Of a stretch of 64,000 nucleotides of DNA, positions 41,811-53,449 are shown one piece after another (the stretch's first letter is position 1; each line of letters opens with the position of its first letter). Source of the DNA: an uncultured delta proteobacterium (GTDB lineage Bacteria; Desulfobacterota; Binatia; UBA9968); NCBI GenBank assembly GCA_963847445.1, contig CAWJZV010000048.1, positions 64,001 to 128,000 of the forward strand, written 5' to 3'. The notes beneath the pieces are model-generated. The model had not been told where the DNA came from and did no database searches. It saw only the letters and a list, made by a program, of their open reading frames with translations. The position numbers and the translations under genes are program-made.

Positions 41811-43543
41811 ATGCCCGCTTCTGCAAACCTCGACTCTCGATCGAGTCGGCCACAGCGGGCTGGTCCGCGCTGCGATTCAAGGATCCGACCTTGCCCGTGT
41901 GGATCGGCGCGGCGCTGCTTCTGGTCTTCTTGATGCTCTTGCCGCTAGGCGCGATTTTCCGCGCCAGCTCTGTGGGATGACAGCGGGTTCACGCTCAGCA
42001 GATATCTTGAAGTATTTACCAACGAACAATTTCTCAAGGCGATCTGGAACACCTTGATCATTTCCACCTGGGTGGGAGCGATCGCGGTGATCATCGGCGC
42101 TCTGCTCGCCTGGTTGGTGACGCGGACGGATCTGCCGTGGAAAAAACCGATCCGCGCGCTGGTGATGGCGTCGTTTGTGACGCCGCCGTTCTTGGGCGCG
42201 TTTGCCTGGACGCTGCTTGCCGGGCCCAACGCCGGCTCGCTGAACAAACTTTACCGCGCCGTGACCGGTTCGGAAGAGGCTCTTTTCAATATTTTTTCCA
42301 TGCCCGGGCTGATTTTCGTCATGGCGCTCTACAGCTTCCCCTATCGTCTTTTCCATGATCGCCAACGTCTGTGAGCTGATTTCGTCGGATCTCGAAGACG
42401 CCGCGGAGATATTGGGCGCGAACAAATGGCAAACCGCCTGGACCGTCACGCTGCCGCTGGCGCTGCCGGCGCTGATCGGCGGCTTCATCCTGGCTTTTCT
42501 TCAATCGTTGTCGCTCTTCGGCGCGCCGGCGATTCTCGGCTTGCCCGCGGGGCTGCACACGATCACGACGCAGATCTGGACATTGTTTCAATATCCGCCG
42601 CGGTTGGATATGGCCGCCGCCTTTTCCGTGCCGCTGCTGCTGGCAACGATGCTGTTGCTTGCCGTGCAAAAAAAAATCCTCGGGCGCAAAGGCTACAGCA
42701 CGGTCGGCGGCAAAGGCGGACAGAAACGGTTAATCCGGCTCGGCTGGGGCCGGGTTCCGGTGCTGCTTTTTGTCTTCGGAATTCTTTCGCTTTCGGTGTT
42801 TCTGCCTTATTGGATCCTGCTGAAGGCGGCGCTCTCCAAGGCCTGGGCGCTGCCGTTGACCTGGGATAATTTCACACTGCACAATGTTTATTTTAGCTTT
42901 TTCGAGTACGGCGATACCCAGCTGGCGATTTACAATACTTTCAAATTGGGCACTGATCACCGCCACGCTCGGCACGCTGTTAGCGACCCTGATCGCCTAC
43001 ATTACCAATCGCAATCTGTTTCGCGGCGCGCGCTATCTCAGTTTCTTCGCGCTGGCGCCCTTGGTGATTCCCGGCATTGTCTTGGCCGTCGGCTTGTTTA
43101 TCGCCTACTCGCGGCCGCCTTTGGTGCTCTACGGCACGATCTGGATTCTCTTCGTGGCATTCCTGACCAAAGAAATGCCGATTGGATTTTCCCAGGCGGA
43201 GTCCACCTTCAAGAGCATTCACCCGGAGCTCGAAGATGCCAGCCGGATTATCGGCGCCAACCGGCTCATGTCCCTCAAAGATGTAACCGCGCCGCTGGCA
43301 CGCTCGGGACTAATCGCCGCCTGGTCTTTCATCTTCATCGGCGTAATCCGCGAGCTCAGCGCCGCGATCCTGTTATTCGCGCCGAAGTCGAAAGTTGTCT
43401 CGGTGGTCATTTTCGATCTGAAAGAAGAAGGACAAGTGGGAGTCATCGCCGTTTTAGGAATTCTTTTGCTGCTGGTCTCCTTCGCGGTCATACTTGCGGT
43501 CCAGTGGTTCGGCGGACGGGACGTGGTGGCGACGCGGGAATAG
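41811..43543 (+). CDS. ABC permease, FbpB-like, two TM modules (frameshifted)
   Basis: RTDLP, LEDAAEILGA, LEDASRIIGA EAA loops. Confidence 0.88.
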
Positions 43544-43599
43544 TCCGGATTATTCGCGGTAAAAGGGGTAATTTACATGGGCGCGAAACCCTTCCGCAG

Positions 43600-43695
43600 C
43601 GAAGGCGTGCCCTTCGGGATTGCCAATGGCAAATCGCAAATTCCAAATATGAAATCTGCAATCTGCGATTTGAAATTCCGCGCGTCAGCGAGGCA
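43600..43695. repeat. AAATC/GATTT 7-bp-periodic repeat, related segment at 3548-3573
   Basis: gcaaatcgcaaattccaaatatgaaatctgcaatctgcgatttgaaatt. Confidence 0.65.
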
Positions 43696-43758
43696 ACAGG
43701 TTCCACCTCGATCAACACTCTATCGTTCATTTTCCTGCTGAATAATCCAGGATAGCTC

Positions 43759-44848
43759 ATGGCAATAGTTTCGATACGAGGTCTCAGCAAACATTTCGCC
43801 GACAGCCGCGGCGGTCGACGATCTCCATTTGGACATCGGCGACGGCGAATTCGTGTCGCTCCTCGGTCCGTCCGGTTGCGGCAAAACTACAACGCTAAGA
43901 TTGCTCGCCGGCTTCTTACAGCCCGACGGCGGCGAGATCCGCGTCGCGGGTGAAGTTGTCTCATCGCCGTCCATCCTGGTGCCGCCGGAGCGGCGCAACA
44001 TGTCGATGATCTTTCAAAGTTACGCCGTCTGGCCGCATATGACGGTGGCGCAAAACGTTGCCTATGGCCTCAAATTCAAAAAACTTACGAAAGCGGAAAT
44101 TGCCGCAAAGGTTGCCAAACTGCTTGGTGTGGTGCGCTTGGCGGAGTTGAAAGATCGCTATTCGGCGGAGCTGTCCGGCGGCCAGCAGCAGCGGGTGGCG
44201 TTGGCGCGCGCATTGGTGGTCGAGCCGCAGATTCTTTTAATGGATGAGCCACTGAGCAACCTCGACGCCAATCTGCGCGAAGAGATGCGCTTCGAGATCC
44301 GCCGGCTGCATGAAGAATTCAAAATTACCACCATCTATGTCACCCACGATCAGGCCGAGGCGATGGCGACCTCCGACCGGATCGCCGTGCTCAATCGCGG
44401 CCGTCTAGTTCAGGTTGGAGCGCCGGCGGAGATATTCGACCGGCCGAAAACCCGCTTCGTCGCGGAGTTTGTCGGCAAAGCGAATATCTTGAGCGGGCGC
44501 CTCGACGGCGATGGCCGCTCAATTCTATCCGATGGCGTAAAGATTCGCCTGGCTGACGGCGGCGCTGTCGCGCCGGCGAGCGAAGTGTCGGTGTGCTTGC
44601 GGCCGCATAATATCAAGCTGGTCGCCGGGCAAGACGCCGCGCGGCAGCTGACCGATCAAGGTTACAATCTGTTCTCCGGTGTCGTTCGCCGCTCGATCTA
44701 TTTCGGCGACGCGGTCGATTATACGGTCGAGCTCGCTTCGGGGAGAGTTTTACACGTCATCGCGCCGCCATCCCAACGATTCGCGCCCGGCCAAGCGATA
44801 TGCGCGGCGGCCCATCCCGAACATTGCGTCGTCGTGCGTGAAGATTGA
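43759..44848 (+). CDS. ABC ATP-binding protein, FbpC/PotA-like (5' frameshift)
   Basis: GPSGCGKT, LSGGQQQR, DEPLSNLDA, THDQ. Confidence 0.94.
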
Positions 44849-45125
44849 CGCGGCAAAGCCGCGACCAAAGAGATAAGAGATTTCACCGCAAAGGCGCAAA
44901 GGGCGCAAAAAAGAAATAGGAAGATCTCCCGCAAAGGCGCTAAGAAAAATTCGAAACACGAAATCCGAAATTCGAAACAAATTCAAATGGTCAAACAACA
45001 CAAAATTCGAAACCATGCTGAATCGGATGCCGAGTTTTGGATTTTCCGGATTTGGGATTTCTTTTGGCCGCGGTTTGTTTCGGATTTGGTGCTTCGGATT
45101 TAGAATTTGGTTGTTATAAGCGCGG
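44848..45125. repeat. Stack of GCGCAAAG-type and AAATCCGAAATT-type repeats
   Basis: ccgcaaaggcgcaaagggcgcaaa; cgaaatccgaaattcgaaacaaattcaaat...ttcggatttggtgcttcggatttagaattt. Confidence 0.75.
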
Positions 45126-45180
45126 TGTAATCGCAACTCGGGTTGGAACACGGCAGCGAATATTATTTCGACGAAAAAAA

Positions 45181-45297
45181 GGGCGGGTTTGAAACCCGCC
45201 CCTACCCGATCGAAATTATTTGCGCCCTTTGCGTCCCGATCGCCCTGAGCTTAGCCTGCCCTGAGCTGAGTCGAAGGGTCGAAGGGTGCGGCGAATC
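45181..45297. repeat. Composite repeat, copy 1 (REP + TTTGCG + nested CCCTGAGC..GTCGAAGGG)
   Basis: Near-identical ~75-bp core also at 46448-46526 and 54646-54717. Confidence 0.9.
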
Positions 45298-45349
45298 AAA
45301 ACGATGCCAAGTGCGCGACGGCGAGCAACTCTTCGGTGTTTATGCCGAC

Positions 45350-45697
45350 TTAGCTTTCGTCGAGCAATAGCGTTCCTAACTTGTCTAAGACTTCATTGGT
45401 GGTCTCGCGCGGCAGTTTGCAGATGAATTCCGCTTTGCGAAAGCGCCAATCGAGACTCTTAACTTGATCGGCAAGAACCACGCCGCCGAGCTTCGATCTG
45501 GAAGGAATAGTCACTTCAAAAGGATAACCTTTTACCTGACTCGTGATCGGACAAAGAATGGCGAGTCCAACTTTGCGATTATAAGATGATGGAGAAAGTA
45601 CCAAAGCCGGGCGTCGCCCGGCTTGCTCATGGCCGGCTTGGGGATTGAAAGTTATCCAGACCGCGTCGCCCCGGGCGGGAACATAGCGGCGGTCCAT
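45350..45697 (-). CDS. mazF: MazF/PemK endoribonuclease toxin
   Basis: FNPQAGHEQAGRRPALVLSP, CPITSQVKGYPFEV, DQVKSLDW; TAATG overlap with mazE. Confidence 0.95.
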   Translation of the reverse strand: MDRRYVPARGDAVWITFNPQAGHEQAGRRPALVLSPSSYNRKVGLAILCPITSQVKGYPFEVTIPSRSKLGGVVLADQVKSLDWRFRKAEFICKLPRETTNEVLDKLGTLLLDES

Positions 45698-45939
45698 TAC
45701 CAAATTTCACGACCGACCGACGGACCGAAATCAACTTCCGCATGGAGGTTCTTCCGAGTTACCTTAGCCAGTAACTGTTTGAGGGACAGTTTCTTTTTTT
45801 CAACGGGTGTCGCAACGACCTTCCCTTCGGAGACCGCCAAGTTTAACACGGTGCCTTCCTTCACTTCGGCGTCTTCAGCCAGCGGCTTGGGAATCCTGAC
45901 GGCCAAGCTGTTTCCCCACTTTTGAACTCGAACATGCAT
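45697..45939 (-). CDS. mazE: MazE/AbrB antitoxin
   Basis: VQKWGNSLAVRIP...GREIW. Confidence 0.95.
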   Translation of the reverse strand: MHVRVQKWGNSLAVRIPKPLAEDAEVKEGTVLNLAVSEGKVVATPVEKKKLSLKQLLAKVTRKNLHAEVDFGPSVGREIW

Positions 45940-46422
45940 CGGCGCACCTCCAACCTGTTTCTACAATGAAGATACATAGCCTAGAAACTCGCGTCAAGCG
46001 TGAGGTGCTGAAGTGCATGGCAATGGGTCCGGGCACGGCGCAGAGGGCACGTCAGGGGGGACAGGAACGGGAAAGGGGTGTGAGTATTAATTCTCGACCA
46101 TCTTCGGCGTTCAAGGCTCACTGGTTCCGTAGCCCGCCTCGCGTTTCGAATAGTGACTGTCGGGGCCAGCCTTGCTACCTGAAAAAATTCAACCAGTCGG
46201 CAAAGTATCCCGGCCAGATCCGGTTTTTCATCCAATAGTGGACCCGCGACTCTTTATTTGCCCAGCTGGCGCGAGAAATTGGCGCGGCGGATTTCGTCGA
46301 GCAAAATCAGGTCGGGGAATTCGTTTTCGCCGAGCCTTTTGGCTTTGGGATAACGGCGCCCGATGAAATCCAAAAGGAAGCGTGAGTTCGGAAAGCTCAA
46401 ACGGCAAGCTCTGAAAAAAGCA

Positions 46423-46526
46423 GGGGCGGGGTGCGTCCCGCCCCTACTTTGCGCCCTTTGCGTCCCGATCGCCCTGAGCTTAGCCTGCCCTGAGCTGAGT
46501 CGAAGGGTCGAAGGGTGCGGCTAATC
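46423..46526. repeat. Composite repeat, copy 2
   Basis: Direct repeat of 45181-45297. Confidence 0.9.
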
Positions 46527-46536
46527 GAATTCCGAG

Positions 46537-47505
46537 CTACGCGCCTTTGCGCTTCTTCAGCTCTTCGATCAGCTGCGGGATGATTTTGAACAGGTCGCCG
46601 ACGACGCCGAAGTCGGAGTACTGGAAGATCGGCGCGTCCGGATCTTTGTTGATGGTGATGATGTACTTGGAGGTCTTCATGCCCGAGAGATGCTGCACGG
46701 CGCCGGAGATGCCGACGGCAAAATAAATATCCGGCTTGACCGTCTTGCCGGTCTGGCCGATCTGCATGGCGTAGGGCACCCAGCCGGCGTCGACCGCGGC
46801 GCGGCTGGCGCCGACGGCGCCGCCGAGGACATCGGCGAGATCCTTGAGCAGGTTGAATTGCTCTTCGCCCTTGAGGCCGCGGCCGCCGGAGACGACGATC
46901 TTGGCGCCTTCCAGCGACGGGCCTTCACGTTTGACCACGACCCGTTCCTTCATGTGGACTTTGCGCAAGCTGTCGTCCGCCGCCGCCGGGACTTCTTCAA
47001 CAGCCAGCGCTTGCGGATTTTCTTTCGGTTCGAAAGACTTCGGCCGCACGACTAGAAGCTTGGTTCCCTGATTGAGCAGGGTGCTGGTGTTCTCGTAGCT
47101 CGCGCCGAGTGCTGGAATCGTCGCCACCACGCTGCCGTCTTTGAGCTCGAAATCGCCGACATCGGTGATCGCGCCGCAGTCGAGCCGGGCGCTCAGGTTG
47201 GCGACCAAGTCGCGGCCGGCGTAGCTCGACGCAAACAACATCACCGCGGGATTATGCTTTTGAATCAGGCCGGCAACGGTCTCGGCCGCCGGTAAAGTCA
47301 GATAGTCTTGGTAAACTGCGTCGGCGCAGTGGTAGATCTTGCTGGCACCGTGATTGGCCAGCGTCTGCACGGCATCGTCAGGCGCCGGGCCAAGGAGCAC
47401 CACCTCGGCCTTGCCGGCTTCGGAGGCTTTGGCGAGCATCTCCAACGAAGTGGTGGTTATCTTGTCGTCGCCAATTTCCGCGTATACCCAGATTGTTTCC
47501 GCCAC
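46537..47505 (-). CDS. etfA: Electron transfer flavoprotein alpha subunit
   Basis: [34 protein letters not shown]. Confidence 0.96.
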   Translation of the reverse strand: MAETIWVYAEIGDDKITTTSLEMLAKASEAGKAEVVLLGPAPDDAVQTLANHGASKIYHCADAVYQDYLTLPAAETVAGLIQKHNPAVMLFASSYAGRDLVANLSARLDCGAITDVGDFELKDGSVVATIPALGASYENTSTLLNQGTKLLVVRPKSFEPKENPQALAVEEVPAAADDSLRKVHMKERVVVKREGPSLEGAKIVVSGGRGLKGEEQFNLLKDLADVLGGAVGASRAAVDAGWVPYAMQIGQTGKTVKPDIYFAVGISGAVQHLSGMKTSKYIITINKDPDAPIFQYSDFGVVGDLFKIIPQLIEELKKRKGA

Positions 47506-48285
47506 TTAGATCACCTTGATTTCAGCAAGAAAGTCCGCGATCTGCTTGCCGCCTTCCCCTTCGTCGGTTACCGCTTTGCCGGCTTGCCGCTTGGGCGGGC
47601 GGCCGATGGTCAGAACTTTTTCGCGCGCGCCTTTTTCGCCCACCTGGTCCGGCGATAGACCGAGATCGGCAGCGCTATAGACTTTGATCTCTTTTTTCTT
47701 CGCCGCCATGATGCCCTTGAGCTGCGGATAGCGCGGTTCGTTGATGCCGCTGCTGCACGCCACCAACGCCGGCAACGTCGACTCGACGATGTCGTAGCCC
47801 GTCTCGCTCTGGCGCTTGATCGCGACCTTGCCGCCGTCGACGGTGATTTCCTTGGCAAAGGTAAGCGGTGGAATGCCCAAGAGCTGGGCGATCTGCCCAT
47901 GGACGATGCCGGAATAACTATCGCCGCTTTCGGTGGCGCACAGCACGATATCGAATTCCTGTTTCTTGATCGCCGCGGCCAACAGCTTCGCCGTCGCCAG
48001 CGTGTCGGAACCGGCCACCGCATCGTCGAGTATATGCACCGCCGACGTCACGCCCATCGCCAACGCGTTGCGGATGCCAATGGTCACATCGCTGGTGCCC
48101 ATGGTGACGAGCACGACTGTGCCGCCATGCTTTTCCGTGAGGCGCAAGCCTTCTTCGACGGCGCTGGCCGCTGCCGGGTCCAACTCGTGGGGGACGCCCT
48201 TGCGCACCATGCGTTTGGTATTGGCGTCGAGCTCGATGATGACCGTGCTCGCGGGAATGACTTTACCGCAGACGACGACGTTCAA
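47506..48285 (-). CDS. etfB: Electron transfer flavoprotein beta subunit
   Basis: ALAMG, GSDTLATA, INEPRYP, GIMAAKKK. Confidence 0.94.
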   Translation of the reverse strand: MNVVVCGKVIPASTVIIELDANTKRMVRKGVPHELDPAAASAVEEGLRLTEKHGGTVVLVTMGTSDVTIGIRNALAMGVTSAVHILDDAVAGSDTLATAKLLAAAIKKQEFDIVLCATESGDSYSGIVHGQIAQLLGIPPLTFAKEITVDGGKVAIKRQSETGYDIVESTLPALVACSSGINEPRYPQLKGIMAAKKKEIKVYSAADLGLSPDQVGEKGAREKVLTIGRPPKRQAGKAVTDEGEGGKQIADFLAEIKVI

Positions 48286-48400
48286 TGTTTTGCTCTCCCG
48301 TGCCTGAGTTCGCCTGTTACAGATACGACAAAGGCGCCTTTGGAGGGCGCCTCTGGTCGTGAGACTGATTGGATGCGCTTAAATTTTGCCGCTCAGCGGC

Positions 48401-48592
48401 TCATGAAAGCCACTGCTTGACATCGCCTTCGATGACTACGTCAAGAATTTCCTTGCAGTCGGCGATCGCTTGATCGACGACTTTTGGATCGTCCTTCAAG
48501 TGCGGTATGCCGGCGCCCACCGCTTTTTTTATGCCTTGAATGAATTCTTTGAACTGCTGGTCCAATGCTTCAGTATTCGCTGCAGGTTCCAT
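48401..48592 (-). CDS. 63-aa hypothetical protein
   Basis: AGGAG Shine-Dalgarno upstream; helical composition; co-oriented with neighbours. Confidence 0.6.
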   Translation of the reverse strand: MEPAANTEALDQQFKEFIQGIKKAVGAGIPHLKDDPKVVDQAIADCKEILDVVIEGDVKQWLS

Positions 48593-48662
48593 GACACTCC
48601 TGCGCTTAGCGATTTTGGGTTACGGCGTACAACCCGAAACCGAAAACCCCGTTAAAGATTAA

Positions 48663-49385
48663 TTATGTATAAAGCCGGCCCTTGTTGGGATCGGGGAGCG
48701 TTAGTCCCATCTTCAAGATCAGCGCGTCGATTTCGTCTTTGTATTGCTGGCGCGCTACTGAATTTGACCGGCGTTTGAGCCCCCAGTGCATGTAGCGCTC
48801 GGAACGGTACGACTTGCTGTTGCCGAACATGTCGAGTCCCTTGACGTACCAGTAGTCCACCGCTTTTTGCACTCTTTCTTTATACTCACCGCCTTTGGCG
48901 GCGAAATCGGCGGTGGCGTTGGTGCCGAAGTCGAGGTGACCTTCTTCCTCGCGGATGATGTCGGGATCCTCGACCACGCGGGCGAGCGGCAGATAGGTGC
49001 AATCGAGAAACTCTTCAAGCTGGAAGCGGCCAACCCGGTCGATCAAGAAACCGAAGACGGCATAGTCTTCCCAGGTTTTGATCTCGCCGCGAAACGCTTC
49101 GACGTAGCGTTCCTGATTGGTTCGGCTGAGCGTGTAGGAAACATCGACACCGATGTCACCGGCTAAACGGGCCATTTTGCGGAAATGGTCCATCTCTTCG
49201 GCCGCCGTGCGCGCCACGATCAGCTGATCCAACTTGGTCGGCGCCGTCGGCAAAATATGCTTTACATAAAGATTCGGACCGCCGATCTCGCAATCGGCTT
49301 GAATCGCCAGCACGCGGCGAATCAGATCCTGGTACTCCGGATCCTGTTTCTCAAAATCCTTAAGGTCGACCTTGTCGGTAAACAT
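48663..49385 (-). CDS. Ferritin-like diiron protein, PaaA/PaaC/BoxB family
   Basis: QADCE, EEMDH, IDRVG, EEEGH, LDMFG motifs; AGGAGG Shine-Dalgarno. Confidence 0.85.
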   Translation of the reverse strand: MFTDKVDLKDFEKQDPEYQDLIRRVLAIQADCEIGGPNLYVKHILPTAPTKLDQLIVARTAAEEMDHFRKMARLAGDIGVDVSYTLSRTNQERYVEAFRGEIKTWEDYAVFGFLIDRVGRFQLEEFLDCTYLPLARVVEDPDIIREEEGHLDFGTNATADFAAKGGEYKERVQKAVDYWYVKGLDMFGNSKSYRSERYMHWGLKRRSNSVARQQYKDEIDALILKMGLTLPDPNKGRLYT

Positions 49386-49534
49386 CGATGCCCTCCTATG
49401 GGATGTAATTAGGCGTAAGCTATACAAAAATGCTTAACAAAACGGTCCCGACAAATCAACCGGACTGGCTGGCCGGCAGGCCTGATTGGCAGTGCGGTTA
49501 TCTCCATCGGCGAGGAATCTGCTATAACGGCTGC

Positions 49535-50879
49535 ATGCGATCCAGCGAAAACTTCACGCTGCTCACCGACCTCTATCAGCTAACCATGGCCCAAGGCTAT
49601 TTTCGCGAGCAGCGGATCGCTGCAGCGTCGTTTAGTCTATTTATCCGCAGTTATCCGCCCAACCGCGGCTATTTCGTCTGCGCCGGGCTTCAGGATGTCC
49701 TCGACTATTTAGAAAATTTTTCCTTCGATAATGCCGCCCTCGATTATCTCGCGACGCAGAAACTTTTTACCGATGATTTTCTCCATTATTTGACAGATCT
49801 CAAATTCACCGGGGAGGTGTGGGCGATCCCCGAAGGGCGGATTTTTTTTAAAGACGAACCGGTGCTCGAAGTCACCGCGCCGGTGATCCAGGCGCAGCTC
49901 GCCGAGACCTTCATCATCAATCAAGTTCACCTGCAAAGCATGATCGCCACCAAAGCGTCACGCTGTGTCCATGCCGCCGCCGGCCGGCCGGTGGTCGACT
50001 TCGCGCTGCGCCGCACCCATGGCAGCGACGCCGGCATGAAGGTGGCGCGCGCCAGTTATCTCGCCGGCTTCGCCGGCACCAGTAACGTCATGGCCGGGAA
50101 AAACTACGGCGTGCCCATCGTCGGCACCATGGCGCACTCGTTCGTCATGAGCTTCGAGCGCGAGATCGACGCCTTCCGCGCCTACGCCGCGAGCTTTCCG
50201 CGCGCCACCATCCTGTTGATCGACACCTACGATACCCTCGCCGGCGCGCGCAACGCCGCGACCGTCGCCAGAGAAATGGCCGAACGCGGCGAAAAGCTCA
50301 TCGGCGTGCGCATCGACAGCGGCGATCTGGCGGCACAGGCCCACGCCGTGCGCGAGATTCTCGATGAAGCCGGGCTTGGCGAGGTCAAAATCCTCGGCAG
50401 CGGCGGCTTGGACGAATTTGATCTTGGCGAATTTTCCCGTCGCCCAAGTGCCCTTCGACAGCTACGGCGTCGGCACCAAGATGGGCACTTCGGCCGACGC
50501 ACCGTGGACCGACATGTCTTATAAAATGGTCGAATACGCCGGCCGGCCGGTGCAAAAACTCAGCACCGGAAAAATTTCCTGGCCGGGAAAGAAACAAGTA
50601 TTTCGCCGCCTCGACGCCGAGGGCAATCTAGCAAGCGATGTCATCGGCCTGCGCACCGACAATATTGCCGGTGCCGAACCGCTGCTTGAAAAGTCATGGA
50701 ATCGACGGAAAAGCGCCGCGACTGGCGAATCTCGAGAGAAAGTTCCTCGACGAATTTCACCGCCTCGACGAATCCGTCAAAGCGGTTCCGAACCCCGCCG
50801 TATATCCGGTCGATTACGCGATGCCCTGCGCGAACTACAGCGCGAGGTGGCGAGACGATCAACCAGCAGCTTGAACTGA
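49535..50879 (+). CDS. pncB: Nicotinate phosphoribosyltransferase (frameshifted, 3' end approximate)
   Basis: LLTDLYQLTM, DFALRR, GTMAHS, IDTYD, RIDSGD, YGVGT. Confidence 0.94.
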
Positions 50880-51131
50880 AGCTGCCGCGCCGAAATACCA
50901 AGCCACATCGCAAATCAGCCGAATTGCAGTCGTACTCCCAGCGTCATAGCTCTGCATAGCAAGCACCGACAACTGCGGGGTTTCGCAAACTTGGGGAAGT
51001 TGGACGGATCGCAGCCTATAGCCGCGAATGAGGGTTCGACGACCCCCATCGGCGTCACATGCGCAAGCTTGAACCTCAGCTTACGGCGAACGATATCGTA
51101 TCGCGGAATGACGAGCTCAGACGGCACAAGT

Positions 51132-52124
51132 TCAGAATTTGACCACCGCTGCGCCCCAGGCGAAGCCGGCGCCAAAAGCATTGAACAGGACAATGTCGCC
51201 GGGCTGGATGCGGCCGGCGCGTCTGGCTTCGTCGAGGGCGACCGGGATCGATGCCGCCGACGTGTTGCCGTATTTGTCGACATTGACCACGACTTTGTCC
51301 ATTGGCACGCCGAGCCGTTCGGCCAGCGCGACGATGATGCGCTTGTTGGCCTGGTGCGGGATGACTAGAGAGACCTGATCGATGCTGACGCCGGCTTCGT
51401 CGAGGGCTTGCCGGCTGATCTCTTCCATGGAACGCACGGCGATCTTGAACACCTCTTTGCCGTTCATGGTGATCGTGTGCTCGTTGTTGCGCACCGTCTC
51501 CGGACAGGGAGGCTTGAGCGAGCCGCCGGCGGGAACGTAGAGCTGCTTAACGTAGGAACCGTCGGTGCGCAGCTTGGTGCTCAAGACACCGGAACCGTTC
51601 TCGGACGCGCCCAGCACCACCGCGCCGGCGGCGTCGCCAAAAAGTATGCAGGTGCCGCGATCCTTCCAGTTGAGCATGCGGCTTAGGGCGTCGGAGCCGA
51701 CCACCAGCGCTTTGTTGGCCTTGCCGCTGCGAACGAATAAATCGCCCACCGCAAGCGCATTGAGAAACCCCGCACAGGCGGCGCCGACGTCAAAGGAAAA
51801 AGCATTGCGCGCGCCGAGCTTGTCCTCGAGGACGCAGGCGGAACTGGGAAACGGATAGTCGGCGGAAACCGTGCCCATGATGATGGCATCGAGATCTTTC
51901 GCATCGACGTGAGCGTCATCGAGAGCGCGCTTGGCCGCTTCGTAGGCCATGTCGGCATTGCCCTTGCCTTCTTCGAGAACGCGCCGTTCTTTGATGCCGG
52001 TGCGCACGGTGATCCACTCGTCGCTGGTGTCGACCATCTTTTCCAAGTCATGGTTGGTGACGATTTTGGACGGCAGTTCGGAGCCGGTGCCGAGAATCAC
52101 GCTGCGGCGTTCGGAACGGCTCAT
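51132..52124 (-). CDS. fabH: Beta-ketoacyl-ACP synthase III
   Basis: DTSDEWI..RTGI, AACAG, HQAN, GNTSAAS; own GGAGGTG Shine-Dalgarno. Confidence 0.93.
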   Translation of the reverse strand: MSRSERRSVILGTGSELPSKIVTNHDLEKMVDTSDEWITVRTGIKERRVLEEGKGNADMAYEAAKRALDDAHVDAKDLDAIIMGTVSADYPFPSSACVLEDKLGARNAFSFDVGAACAGFLNALAVGDLFVRSGKANKALVVGSDALSRMLNWKDRGTCILFGDAAGAVVLGASENGSGVLSTKLRTDGSYVKQLYVPAGGSLKPPCPETVRNNEHTITMNGKEVFKIAVRSMEEISRQALDEAGVSIDQVSLVIPHQANKRIIVALAERLGVPMDKVVVNVDKYGNTSAASIPVALDEARRAGRIQPGDIVLFNAFGAGFAWGAAVVKF

Positions 52125-53372
52125 GCGGCACCTCCCGAAAATCACGCAAGCATTGGTGCCGCCGAAACCGAAGGAGTTGGAAAGCACGACTTTGACATCG
52201 GCCTTGCGCGCTTGATTGGGCACATAGTCGAGATCGCAAGCCGGATCGGGATTTTCATAATTGATCGTCGGCGGCAGCATGCCGTGATGCAGCGCCAGCG
52301 CCGAGTAGACACCTTCCACCGCGCCAGCGGCACCGAGTAAATGTCCGGTCATCGATTTGGTCGAGCTCACCGCCAGCTTCGCCGCGGCTTCGCCAAAAAC
52401 AGTTTTAATCGCCGTGGTTTCATTGGCGTCGTTATACTCCGTCGACGTGCCATGGGCGTTGATATAGCTGACATCGCTCGGCGCAATGCCGGCGTCTTTC
52501 AAGGCCAGGCGCATGCAGCGCGCCGCCCCTTCGCCGTTGGGCGCCGGCGCGGTCATGTGATGGGCGTCGCCGTTGGCGGCGTAGCCGATCACTTCGGCGT
52601 AGATCTTGGCGCCGCGTTGGACAGCATGATCGCGCTCTTCGAGAATCAAAATACCGGAGCCCTCGCCGATGACGAAACCGTCGCGCTCCTTGTCGAAGGG
52701 TCGGCTGGCGCGCTCGGGCTCGTCGTTACGCGTCGATAACGCTTTCATGGCGGCGAAACCGCCCACGCCCAGCGGCGTGATCGCCGCCTCAGCGCCGCCG
52801 GCAATCACGGCATCCTGCAAGCCGCGGCGAATCATATGATAGGCCTCGCCGATCGCGTGGGTGCCCGAGGCACAGGCCGAGGTCGGGGTAAAGTTGATGC
52901 CCTTGGCGCCGTAGCGAATCGCCACATGACCGGGCGCTAGATTGGAAATGACTTTAGGAATGAAAAATGGCGATATCTTGCGCGGCCCACCGGCCATCAG
53001 CGCTTCTTTGGTGACTTCGAGGGTATCGAGGCCGTTCATGCCGACGCCGATGATGACGCCGACGTTCTCGGCGAACTCCCCTTCGATCTTGAGACCGCTG
53101 TCGGCCATGGCCTGAGCCGAAGCGCCCATGGCGTAGTGAATGAAGAGATCCATTTTTTTGATCTCTTTCGCTTCGATATAATCTTCGGCCTTGAAGTCAG
53201 GCACTTCGCCGGCGATACGCGAGGCAAACCCATCGGCGTTGAAGCGGCTGATCTTGCGGATGCCCGAGCGGCCGGCCATCAAAGCGTGCCAATTTTTTTC
53301 GACTCCGGTGCCCAACGGTGTGACCAGGCCAATACCCGTCACGACAACTCGGCGTGCTTCAGTTGTGTTCAC
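52121..53372 (-). CDS. fabF: Beta-ketoacyl-ACP synthase II (reads in frame into fabH in this sequence)
   Basis: [33 protein letters not shown]. Confidence 0.93.
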
Positions 53373-53449
53373 GATACTTAACCAATCTTTAATGGATTTG
53401 AAATATCACGATAAAGGAGACCTTCCGGTGAATCAATAGGACTTTCAAG

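Noticed and set aside
45966-46420. Short ORFs upstream of mazE
   Set aside because: No recognisable motifs or ribosome-binding sites; probably decayed accessory DNA.
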